From the NCBI GenBank assembly GCA_030390025.1, contig CM059432.1:53880001-53944000 (forward strand): a stretch of DNA of 64,000 nt. Reading direction: 5' to 3'. Made by a program: the position numbers and the translations under genes. Numbering within the stretch: the first letter of the stretch is position 1; the number at the start of each line of letters is the position of its first letter. Origin of the DNA: Squalus acanthias (lineage: Eukaryota). The notes beneath the pieces were generated by a model that ran no database searches, was not told the DNA's origin, and saw only the letters and a program-made list of their open reading frames with translations. This document shows, one piece after another, positions 1-11,067 of this stretch.

Positions 1-1
1 T

Positions 2-1279
2 GATCTGCTCTCCGCACCTACCAACCTACCAGGGCTATGCCTGGCCGACGTCGCCTGTGGCCCGACCGCAGTCACGGTCAAGTGCGACATATCCCTATGT
101 CAACCTCGGCCCGTCGTCCCAGCGTCCTGGCGCCGCCGCGTATTCGAGATTCTCCACAACCTTTCCCACCCCGGCGCCCGCGCATCCATCAAATTGGTAG
201 CCAACTGCTTTGTCTGGCGCAGCCTTCGCAAGGATGTGCGTACTTGGGCCAACTCCTGCCTAGCCTGTCCAACGGGCCAAGGTGCAGCAACACATGAAAG
301 CACCCTCGAGGAGTTTACCGTCCCTTCACGTAGATTCGGCCACATCCACGTGGACATCGTCGGGCCCCTGCCGCCGTCGCAAGGCCACACGCAATTGCTG
401 ACGATCGTTGACCGCACCACGCGCTGGCCCGAGGCAATTCCACTGACCTCTACCACCACCGCCGACATCGCCAGAGCCTTCGTCAGCACCTGGGTCACAC
501 GGTTCGTCGTCCCCTCCAACATGACGTCGGACAGAGGTCCGCAATTTACCTCTGAACTCTGGACCGCCGTCGCACGCAATCTCGGGGTGACCATTCACCG
601 CACCACAGCGTACCACACCCAAGCCAACGGACTGTGTGAGCGGTTCCACAGATCCTTGAAGGCATCTCTTCGAGCCAGCCTCCAGGACGGCGCCTGGACC
701 GACCGACTTCCGTGGGTCCTCCTCGGCCTGCGCACCGCGGTTAAAGAAGACCTCCACGCATCGGCAGCAGAGCTCGTGTATGGTCAGCCGCTGCGCGTAC
801 CCCGCGAGTTCCTGCCCACCGCCACGACACCCTGGTCAGCCGACCAGCAACTCCACGACTTCGCCTCACCGGCGCTGCAGTTCGCCCCAGTGCCCATTGC
901 CCGACACGGCGAATCCACCTCACACGTCCCACTAAGCCTGCACCAGGCACGGTTCATTTTCGTCCGGCACGACGCCCACTGTGGACCCCTTCAACCCCTG
1001 TACGATGGGCCCTACAAGGAGCTACAGGCTGGGGACAAATTTTTCACCCTGCAAGTGGACGACAGGACTGAAAAAGTGTCGGTTGACCGACTCAAGCCAG
1101 CACACTCGGAGCCCGGTGAGCTGGTCCCTGTAGCTCGTCCACCGCCACGCGGCCAACCTGCCCTGAAGCCGGTTCACCCGGCTGCTCCACGCCTGGCCGT
1201 TCCACATCCGCCGGCGTCCTACAAGAGCCGCTCCGGCCGGCCCATCAGACCACCGCACCGTCTTGTCCACACCTCCTAA
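2..1279 (+). CDS. pol: Gypsy/Ty3 LTR retrotransposon pol, C-terminal part (integrase zinc-binding and DDE core); continues beyond the window start
   Basis: Frame open from base 2 to TAA at 1279. HHCC motif (HNLSHPG...CLAC) and integrase core HIHVDIVGP...SDRGPQF...ERFHRSLK. Confidence 0.93.
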   Translation, partial: DLLSAPTNLPGLCLADVACGPTAVTVKCDISLCQPRPVVPASWRRRVFEILHNLSHPGARASIKLVANCFVWRSLRKDVRTWANSCLACPTGQGAATHESTLEEFTVPSRRFGHIHVDIVGPLPPSQGHTQLLTIVDRTTRWPEAIPLTSTTTADIARAFVSTWVTRFVVPSNMTSDRGPQFTSELWTAVARNLGVTIHRTTAYHTQANGLCERFHRSLKASLRASLQDGAWTDRLPWVLLGLRTAVKEDLHASAAELVYGQPLRVPREFLPTATTPWSADQQLHDFASPALQFAPVPIARHGESTSHVPLSLHQARFIFVRHDAHCGPLQPLYDGPYKELQAGDKFFTLQVDDRTEKVSVDRLKPAHSEPGELVPVARPPPRGQPALKPVHPAAPRLAVPHPPASYKSRSGRPIRPPHRLVHTS

Positions 1280-1299
1280 GCGGATTCTGTGGGGAGCTG

Positions 1300-1522
1300 T
1301 GTGGCGGATCGCCACCTAAACGGGCGCAATCCACTTTTCCGTCGTGGACAATAAATCGGGCACCTTGCCTTTAAGGCACCTTACCTTTAAGGCAGGAGTG
1401 GGCAGGGCCTCAGAACCTTCCAGATTCTAGTGTTAGCAGCCATCTTAGCAGGCAGATGTAATAAAAAGCTTTTGTGTTCCACACATGGACTCGGCTTTAA
1501 TTCGTGTTTCGCGGCAGCCACA
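1300..1522 (+). mobile_element. 3' LTR of the Gypsy element (223 bp)
   Basis: Purine tract GGGGAG at 1291-1296 just upstream, terminal inverted repeat TGTGGC...GCCACA, AATAAA at 1460-1465, abrupt switch to CR1 sequence after 1522. Confidence 0.85.
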
Positions 1523-4500
1523 ACACAATTACAGCTGTGAGGAGGGATCATATGTTAGAAGGATAATAAAATGAGGCCATATGGGTTGAACTGAAGAACA
1601 AAAAAGGGGCAATTACACTGCTGGGAGTGTACTTTAGACACCCAAATAGTCAGAGGAAGATAGAAGAGCAAATATTAGGCAAATTTCAGAGAAGTGCAAA
1701 ATCAATAGGGCAGTAATAGTAGGGGATTTCAACTACCCTAACACTAACGGGGATAGAATTAGTGTAAAAGATGTAGAGGGTGCAGAATTATTAAAATGCA
1801 TTCAGGAGAACTTTTTTAGCCAGCACGTAGCAAGCTGAACAAGAGAGGGAGTGCTTCTGGACTTAGTTTTAGGGAATGAAGCTGGACAGGTGGAAGAGGT
1901 ATCAAATGGAGAGCGTTTTGGTGGTAGTGGTCATAATTCAGTTAGATTTAGCATAGTTATGGAAAAGGACAAAGATAGTCCAGGAGTAGAAGTTCTCGAA
2001 TGAGGAAAGGCCAATTTTACTATACTGAGATGTGATTTAGCAAAAGTTGACTGGAAACAGCTACTTGAAGGTAAATCAGTGTCAGAGCAGTGGGAGGCAT
2101 TCAAGGAGGAGATAGTGAGGGTTCAGAGCAAATATGTACCCTCAAAGAAAAAAGGGTGGGACCCCAAATCTAGAGCCCCTGGATGTGATGGGGCATACAG
2201 GGTAGGATAAGGAAAAAAAGGGAAGCTTATGTCAGATACTGAGAGCGAAATACTGCAGAAAGCCTAGAGGAGTATAGAAAGTGCAGGGGCGAAATTAAAA
2301 AGGAAATTAGGAAAGCAAAGAGAAGGCATGAAAAAATATTGGTAAGTAAAATCAAGGGAAACCCAAAGATGTTTTATAAATACATAAAGAGCAAGAGGAT
2401 AACTAAAGAGAGAGTAGGGCCATCAGAGACCAAGAAGGTAACCTGTGTGGAGGCGGAAGATGTGGGTATGGTTCTTAATGAATACTTTGCATCTGCTTTC
2501 ACAAAAGAGAGCGGCAATGCAGGCATTGTAGTTAAGGAGGAGGAGTGTGAAATATTAGATGAAATAAACATAGTGTGAGAGGAAGTATTAAGGGGTTTAG
2601 CATCTCTGAAAGTAGAAAAATTGCTATGCCAGAATGAAATATATCCCAGGCGGCTAAGGGGAGCAAGGGAGGAAATAGCAGAGGTTCTGACCATCCCCTT
2701 TGGCTACAGGTGTGGTGCCGAACGACTGGAGGACTTCTAACATTGTACCATTGTTTAAAAAGGGAGAAAGGGATAGACCGAGTAATTATAGGCCAATCAG
2801 CCTAACCTCTGTGGTGGGCAAATTATTGGAAATAAATTCTGAGAGACAGTATTAATCGTCATTTAGAAAGGCATGGATTAATCAAGGACAGTCAGCATGG
2901 ATTTGTTAAGGGAAGGTCGCGTCTGACTAACTTGATTTAATTTTTTGAGGAGGTAACAAGGAGGGTTGATGAGGGTAGTGAGCTTGATATAGTCTACCTG
3001 GATTTTAGCAAGGCTTTTGACAAGGTGCCACATGGCAGACTGGTCAGAAAAGTAAAAGCCCAAGGGATCCAAGGGAAAGTGGCAAGTTGGATCCAAAATT
3101 GGCTCAGTGGCAGGAAGCAAAGGGTAAATGGTCGCCGGATGTTTTTGTGACTGGAAAGCTGTTTCCAGTGGGGTTCCACAGGGCTCAGTACTAGGTCCCT
3201 TGCTTTTTGTGGTATACATAAATGATTTAGACTTCAATGTAGGGGGCATAATTAAGAAGTTTGCAGATGATACAAAAATTGGCCGTGTGGTTGATATGAG
3301 GAAAAACGCTGTAGACTGCAGGAAGATATCAATGGACTGGTCAGGTGGGCAGAAATGTGGCAAATGGAATTCAATCTGGAGCGATGTGAGGTAATGCATT
3401 TGGGGAGGGCTAACAAGGCAAGGGAATACACAATGGGCCAGAAATTCGGGTCTCCACGGGTGAGTACGCGCTGTGCACTCACCCATAGACCCAACGAAAG
3501 TGCCGGTTTCGCGCATGCACTGCGCATGCACTGGAAACCGGAACTTCCGTTCCCCTGATGGAAGGGGTTCAGAGGTCGAACGCGTGCGCCGGAGAGGCAG
3601 CGCGTGGACCTCGGACTTCGTTTTTTTTTCAGGTTTCTCCGTGAGGGTAAGTACGGAGAAGCTGCGCAGGAAAAAAGGAGGCGCAAGGCCTGCTTTTAAC
3701 AAGGTAAGTGGTGAATTAAGTACAATTTAAACATTTTTTCAGGTTTATCTTTTTTACATACTTTAAAGAAAGGTAAGTTTATTTTTAGCACTGTTAAAAA
3801 GTGTAATTAATGTTTTCAAAAATTAAAATTTTGTTTAAAGTAGTTAATTTATGTAATTTATAGTTATTTTAAAATGTGATGTTTTTTTAAAATTTATTTG
3901 AAGTTTTAGTGAGGTTTTGGGGCCGATCTCTATTCATAGATTTGACAGGTCTTCCTGTCAAATCTATGAATGAAGATTCCCTGCTCCGATTGGCTCTCCA
4001 TGGCCCACGTGATCCCAGGGGACGCTTCAAACTAACTGCACCCCTGGGATACGCAAGCACTGCGCGCCGGCAGCTGGAGGAGGCCCAGGAGCCGAATTCC
4101 ACGCGGGCCCGAAGCACAACGGCAGGCGCGGTATGTAAGTACGCGCGATTCTTGCACCCGCGGGAAGCCGGAGAGCCGAATTTCTGGCCCAATAAATGGT
4201 AGGATACTGAGAAGTATAAAGGAACAGAGGGACCTTGGAGTGCACATCCACAGATCCCTGAAGGTAGCAGGACAGGTAAATAAGATGGTTAAGAAGGCAT
4301 ACGTGGCACTTTCCTTTATTAGCCGAGGCATAGAATATAAGAGCAGGGAGGTTATGCTTGAACTGTATAAAACACTAGTTAGGCCACAGCTAGAGTACTG
4401 TGTACAGTTCTGGTCACCACCTACAGGAAAGATGTGATTGCACTAGAGAGGGTACAGAGGAAATTTACAAGGATGCTGCCAGGCCTGGAGAATTTTAGCT

Positions 4501-4943
4501 ATGAGGAAAGATTGGATAGGCTGGAGTTGTTTTCTTTGGAACAGAGGAGGCTGAGGGGAGACTTGATTGAGGTGTATAAAATTATGAGGGGCCTAGATAA
4601 AGTGGATAGGAAGGGCGTATTTCCCCTGGCAGAGAGGTCAATAACCAGGAGGCATAGATTTAAAGAATTTGGTAAAAGGATTAGAGGGGAGTTGGGGAGA
4701 ACTTCTTTCACCCAGAGGGTGGTGGGGGTCTGGAACTCACTGCCTGAAAGGGTGGTAGAGGCAGAAACGCTCTTCACATTTAAAAGTACGTGGATATACA
4801 TTTGAAGTGCCGTAACCTAGAGGCTACAGACCAAGAGCTGGAAAATGAGATTCGGCTGGATAGCTTTTTTTCGGCCAGCATAGACACGATGGGTCGAATG
4901 GCCTCCTTCTGTGCCATAAATTTCTAAGATTCTATGATTCTAT
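1523..4943 (+). mobile_element. CR1 LINE with degraded ORF2 (endonuclease and RT), interrupted by a MITE at 3435-4190
   Basis: RT motifs GVPQGSVLGP and FADD, C-terminal RPQLEYCVQFW and WNSLP, and a 3' ATTCTRTG-type tail at about 4920-4943. Confidence 0.93.
3435..4190 (+). mobile_element. Non-autonomous Harbinger-type MITE, 756 bp (family A)
   Basis: Perfect TIR GGGCCAGAAATTCGG, 3-bp TSD AAT (3432-3434 and 4191-4193); removing it restores the CR1 sequence. Confidence 0.92.
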
Positions 4944-4944
4944 A

Positions 4945-5097
4945 ACAGCACGGGTAGCATTGGCTGCACGCAGCAATCGTGTAAAACAGCAGGCAGCACC
5001 AATTTAACGTGCTGACCGCAACGCAATGAATGGGTGTTGGTTAATTGCATACTGCGATCCCCGCGCCCGTTTTCATGGTTTAGCCAATTTAACCCCC
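4945..5097 (+). mobile_element. Right terminus of a Harbinger element related to the copy at 55957-60061
   Basis: Aligns by eye to 59911-60061 and ends in CCAATTTAACCCCC. Confidence 0.75.
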
Positions 5098-6235
5098 ACT
5101 ATCTTTAAAACATTAGACGAAGACATAATAAATGAGGACTGAGAAATTTCAACTGTATCTCCAACCTATCTTTAAAAGGTACATTTGCCAGCTAGTCATG
5201 TGCAGTCGTGCTCTGAACGTGACATGTGCCATGATAATACTATATATGTTTTTTTAGCTGTATACATTGATAAAAGATCATTGACTGAGTTCTACAAGTG
5301 ATGAACTTGAGGGTTCAGTTGCTGGTTAAAAGCTCCTCGGTATTGCCACATGTAATATTAATGTGGTCACAGCATGTTCTAACCTTTCTAAAATTATAAT
5401 TTGCAAGATCCTGAAGAAGAATAAGGTCAGACATTGTCCCTTGTCCAAAAAAATATAACCAGAGAGAGAGCTCTAGGCTGGCCAGTAAACATCATTAATA
5501 ACCATCTAATTGTTTAAAATTAAGCACAGGATGAAAGGACTTGCTGCGAATAACATGTCGCTGCCTATTGAATAATCCATAACCAAACTTAAATTTGCCA
5601 ATAATTAGAACAATCACAGATATCTCACCATCCTTCAACAGAGGTGCAGCATCTGCAGAGAAAATTAACAAGCAGAGCAATATTTGAGCACAGAAAGAGT
5701 TGTTATTGACTGAAGAAACCTAGCAAGCTCTTTGCTCTATGTGCTAATAAATAGCTAATTCCTGTTATTTTTTGCATCTGTATCGTCCCTGACATTCATA
5801 GAGGCATATATATTTCTTTCCCTACTTATTTATTTCTTCACTTTAATGAACATAACCAACAAGATCAGAAATAATCTAAACAAATATTTGTTCAATAAGT
5901 TAGTGTCAATAATTAAATTAAAAATCGCATTCATAATAGAATATTTATAAATATTTACAATTGGGATCAGTAAAGCCTCCTTCCTTCAATTAGTAGCAAA
6001 CTGACTTATATGCATATTACAAAGCTGAACATATTTATTCAGGAGAGAACTGTAATGCATAACACACCAAAGGTTCTGGGAGGAATTTCTCGAACATTTT
6101 CTCAAATGTATTTGAGCTTATTTATACAAAGGGACGAATTTATGAATGTGCACTCCCAGTGCAGAGTCTCACACGTCAAGAGTGCATATTGGAAATCGGG
6201 GGCACGCTTCTCTATATTAAATTAATGAATAGAAG

Positions 6236-6893
6236 ATCCGGGGGAGCATCCCCGTGATCTTCGAATATACACTGCTGACCACATATGCCAAAAAAACATT
6301 TCTGTCTTTATCAGAGACTCCCACCCACTCCCCCCGACCCCGCAAAACTTTACACTTACCTTCTGGATCCAACTTGCCTCCCACCCCCCACGATTGGACA
6401 CTCCCCACGAGGCCTCCTCCCCCCCCCACCCCACCCCGAAGCCTCCGATCCCCCCCACGAGGCCACCAATCCTCCCTATAAGGCCTCCGATCACCTTCCC
6501 GGTCTCCCCCCTCCCACCACAGCCCCGATCCTCTCCTCCCCCCAATCCACCGGCCAGCTCCGATGCTTCCACCTCCCCCGATCCTCCTCGGGTTGGCCCC
6601 GAACCTCTCTCCCCCTCGGCCCCCCATCCGATCCTCCTCTGGCCCCTGGCCCCCACCCAATCCCTCCCTCTCTCCTCTCTGCGGCCTTGTGCCGCAGGCC
6701 TACCCACCCGCAGAAAGCCAGCTTATCCATCTGGCTGGCCGCTGGTGGGAAACAGAGCTTTGAAATGCAAATCAGTCCCTGCCGTTAAATTCAGCAGGGC
6801 CTGCGGGAAACCAGTTCTCCCAGGTTTCCCAACCGCTTTCCAGCCGCCCCTGACCCCGCTCCCGATCTGCCTCCAGATTAAAATTCCGGACCT
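6236..6893. repeat. C-rich low-complexity segment, probably a non-autonomous DNA transposon remnant
   Basis: Repeated CCTCCGATC/CCCCACGA units, TIR-like end TTAAAATTCCGGACC, sharp contrast with AT-rich flanks. Confidence 0.5.
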
Positions 6894-7279
6894 TTTCTTT
6901 AAAACCACTATTGCCAATATTTAATACCAATAGGGTGCATTAGACTAGCACTGTCAATCTATCAATGTAAGCTCATGCTGTGTAAAACAAAATATCTAAT
7001 TGTATCAATGTGAAACGCAATATACAATTTTTCCCCTTAAAAATTAAAGAAATTAAGCAAACTCTCAAGTTGTGGCTTTTTTAATTCAATGTTTTACAAA
7101 ATGTCTAAGGGGTTGACAATGCATAGGGTAATTTATGCCAGTGTTGCATCCCACAAAGCTGTCAGTTGCTCCTCCCTCCAATTTAACAGCGTGGCACCAA
7201 CAGATCTATAATCTCAGCTCTGTAATGCCACCTGGAAGATACCACACACATGCTGGCTTCCACCTAATGTACTTAATCT

Positions 7280-7720
7280 TGTTACAAGGAAAAGTTGCAC
7301 ACAATATCTGTGAAAGGCAAGGGACCGGAGCGAGCATACTAGACATTAGAGAGCTTACCCTCTATGAGGAGCAGGCCATAGAGTTGGGGGGGGAATGCAC
7401 TCCGCTAAACCTATGGGCGATGGTGAGATCAGTGGGACAGTGCAGGCTGTAAATTGGTGAGTATAGACCCGGACATCTACTGTTTCATCCCAGTAAAGCA
7501 GCAATCAGCCTCCTCACCTTTCACTGTCTCCTTCATCTCAAGGGGTTATGTCCATCCATTCTTAACTTGTGTTTCCCTTTCTTACAGCAAGGGGTTGGTA
7601 ACAGAAGATGATGTGAAGGAAGATGAAGAAGTGGGAAGGAATTTCCTCCTGATAGACTATGATGTTGATGAGGAAGATGAGAATGAGGCTGATGAGGCCA
7701 CAGAAGAATCCTTAGATCAA
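7280..7720 (+). pseudogene. Highly decayed Harbinger Myb/SANT-gene fragment (exon 2 and acidic exon 3)
   Basis: Peptide KVAHN...ELTLYEEQAIELGG followed by an acidic stretch, the same layout as exons 2-3 of the Myb genes elsewhere in the window. Confidence 0.45.
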
Positions 7721-8245
7721 TGGTTGGAAAGGGCTCTTCTTAGTATTGTTACCTTATTGATGGGAACATCCTAAATCAGTAAATTGTTAATATCAGCACT
7801 TTGAAATTAGCAAATTAATGGAACCATGGATTTAAACTCTATCGGGTACATTTCTGAGTCCTCACCCATGACAAAGTACCTGACCTTCCTTGAGCGGCAA
7901 ATGGAAAAACGCAGGTATACTCCCGCACCTTTCTGTCCATTCATTTCAATGGATGGAAAATACTGGACAGCACATGCGTTATTTTCCAATCCAAGCTTGC
8001 AGCAGGATAGATGCGTTGCCACAGGCGGGAACTTGGAATATCTATCATTATATGTGGCCCTCGCCGCTCCAGGATATACAGCTACACAGCTCAATAAGTT
8101 AAAATGCTTGGACGCTCTTGTGTTGTATCTCTGATTGATTATTGTTAGAATGAAACAAAGTCTTTAATTATGATATAATGTTAACAAAGGCTCTGGAAAC
8201 AGAGGAATTTGGAAACAAACACTAATGTCTGCTCATAATCATAGA

Positions 8246-8673
8246 TTGGGTACGGTAGCATAGTAGTTATATTACTGGACTAGTAATCCAGAGGCCTGTG
8301 CTAATGATCCAGAGACATGAATTCATAATCCCACCACGGCAGCTGGGGAATTTAAATTGAAATAAATCTAGAATAGAAAAGCTAGTATCAGTAATGGTGA
8401 CCATGAAACTACCGTATTGTCAGAACCCATCTGGTTCACGAATGTCCTTTAGGGAAGCAAATCTGCTGCCCTTACCTGGTCTGGCCTATATGTGACTCCA
8501 GACCCACAGCAATGTGGTTGGCTCTTAACTGCCCTCTGAAATGGCCTATCAAGCCATTCAGTTGTATTCAAGAAGGCAGGCTCACCACCACCTTCTCGAG
8601 GGCAATTAGGGATGGGCAATAAATGCTGGCCTTGCCGGCAACGTCCACATCCCATGAATGAATTAAAAAAAAA
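8246..8673 (+). mobile_element. tRNA-derived SINE sharing its 3' tail with the LINE at 8845-10565 and 48577-50222
   Basis: A-box-like GTAGCATAGTAG head; about 100 bp tail (TTCAAGAAGGC...GGGCAATAAATGCTGGCCTTGCC...CACATCCCATGAA, then A-rich) matches the LINE 3' end. Confidence 0.8.
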
Positions 8674-8844
8674 TCCAAAACATATTCGATGGCCTGGATT
8701 TTGCGATTAGCGGCGAACGAACGGCATTTGCCATTCACCTTGCTGACAGCTGCCCACAATGTTTTTGCAGGCTTTAGAGCAGAGACTTGCTTTAATCCGG
8801 TGTATGATCCAGTGCAGCACCCTCTACAGGGCATTTTTAAAATT

Positions 8845-10565
8845 TGTTTATGGGATGTGGACGTCGCTGGCAAGGCCAGCATTTATTGCCCATCCCAAAT
8901 TGCCCTTGAGAAGGTGGTGGTGAACCGCCTTTTTGAACTGCTGCAGTCCGTATGGTGAAGGTACTCCCACAGTGCTGTTAGGGAGGGACTTCCAGGATTT
9001 TGACCCAGTGACAATGAAGAATCGACGATATACTTCTAAGTCAGGATGGTGTGTGACTTGGAGGGGAACTTGGAGGTGGTGGTGTTCCCATGCACCTGCT
9101 ACCCTTGTCCTTCTAGGTGGAAGAGGTCACAGATTTGGGAGGTGCTGCCAAAGAAGCCTTGGTGAGTTGCTGCAATGCATCTTGTAGATGGTACACACTG
9201 CAGCTACGGTACGCCGGTGGTGGAAGGAGTGAATGTTTAAGGTGGTGGATGGAGTGCCAATCAAGTGGGCTGCTTTGTCCTGGATGGTGTCGAGCTTCTT
9301 GAGTGTTGTTGGAGCTGTACTCATCCAGGCAAGTGGAGCGTATTCCATCATACTTCTTACTTGTGCCTTGTAGATGGTGGAAAGGCTTTGGGGAGTCAGG
9401 AGGTGAGACACTCGCCGCAGAATACCTAGCCTCTGACCTGCTCTTGTTGCCACAGTATTTATGTGGCTGGTCCAGTTAAGTTTCTGGGCAATGGTGACCC
9501 CCAGGATGTTGACGGTGGGGGATTTGCCGATGGTAATGCCATTGAATGTCAAGGGGAGGTGGTTAGACTCTCACTTGTTGGAGATAGTCATTGCCTGGCA
9601 CTTCTGTGGCATGAATGCCACTTATCAGCCCAAGCCTGAATGTCGTTCAGGTCTTGTTGCATGTGGGCATGGACTGCTTCATTATCTGAGGAGTTGTGAA
9701 TGGCGCTGAACACGGTGCAGTCATCAGCGAACATCCCCATTTCTGACCTTATGTTGGAGGGAAGGTCATTGATGAAACAGCTGAAGATGGTTGGGCCTAG
9801 GACACTGCCCTGAGGAACTCCTGCAGTGATGTCCTGGGGCTGTGATGATTGATCTTCAACCACCACAACCATCTTTCTTTGTGCTAGGTATGACTCCAGC
9901 CAGTGAAGAGTTTTCCCCCCGATTCCCATTGACAAGGGCTCCTTGATGCCACACTCGGTCAAATGCTGCCTTGATGTCAACGGCAGTCACTCTCACCTCA
10001 CCTCTGGAATTCAGCTCCTTTGTCCATGTTTGGACCAAGGCTGTAATGAGGTCGGGAGCCGAGTGGTCTTGGCGGAACCCAAACTGGGCATCAGTGAGCA
10101 GGTTATTGGTGAGTAAGTGCTGCTTGATAGCACTGTCGATGACATCTTCCATCACTTTGCTGATGATTGAGAGTAGACTGATGGGGTGGTATTTGGCCGG
10201 GTTGGATTTGTCCTGCTTTTGTGGACAGGACATACCTGGGCAGTTTTCCACATTGTTGGATAGATGCCAGTGTTGTAGCTGTACTGGAACAGCTTGGCTA
10301 GAGGCGCAGCTAGTTCTGGAGCACAAGTCTTCAGCACGATAGCCGGGATGTTGTCAGGGCCCATAGCCTTTGCTGTATCCAGTGCGCTCAGCCATTTCTT
10401 GATATCACGTGGAGTGAATCGAATTGGCTGAAGAATGGCTTCTGTGATGGTGGGGACATCAGGAGTAGGCCGATATGGATTATGCACTTGGCACTTCTGG
10501 CTGAAGATGGTTGCAAACACTTCAGCCTTGTCTTTTGCACTCACGTGCTGGGCTCCACCATCATC
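8845..10565 (-). mobile_element. 5'-truncated non-LTR retrotransposon (family B, CR1/Jockey-group RT), frameshifted
   Basis: RT motifs DIKAAFDRVWH, GVPQGSVLGP and FADD split over several ORFs; near-identical to 48577-50222. Confidence 0.9.
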
Positions 10566-10566
10566 A

Positions 10567-10824
10567 GGGCACCCCACTCCCCAGTGATTCGGCAGGGCCC
10601 TGGTGCGCGCAGCGCTAGGCCCCTGCCCTTTAATCAGGCCTGCAATGACGCAGCGCTACTGCATGCAGCGCCGTGAAATTCAGTAGTAGCGCCCCAAGCA
10701 GGAGGTGCAGCGCTTTCTGCTGCTTGGGGAGCTACAACTGAATTTACGGCGAGTGGCGCTAACTTAAAATTAGTGCCCCGGCAACGTTAGTGCCCCAAAA
10801 TGTGCGCCACCCAATTTTTCCCCC
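10567..10824 (+). mobile_element. Right end of a GC-rich non-autonomous Harbinger element
   Basis: Ends in CCAATTTTTCCCCC; internal hairpin region resembles 63780-64000. Confidence 0.6.
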
Positions 10825-11067
10825 AAAGTTACCGTCCAGAAGCGGCGTTTCAGCTTCTGTAGAGTTCGCTAGGCATTGTGGGAAATTAAAAGGGCAATGC
10901 ATTAAAACTTCTGTACTAATAAAAATAAAAATGAAGTGAAAAAGTACAGTTTTCAGCCCTTACTGCCTTTTTGAAAAAATAACATTAAAAAGAAGTCCCA
11001 AATGGGAGTCTTCAGCTCTTAAAGTTGAATTCCCTTCCAAATCTCAAAAAATGGGGAAAGTAACACA

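Noticed and set aside
2878..3702. 274-aa minus-strand ORF
   Set aside because: Antisense read-through across the MITE/CR1 junction; no domain.
6217..6924. Overlapping Pro-rich and Gly-rich ORFs
   Set aside because: By-products of C-rich low-complexity DNA, open in most frames.
8246..8340. tRNA gene
   Set aside because: Degenerate SINE head without a complete cloverleaf.
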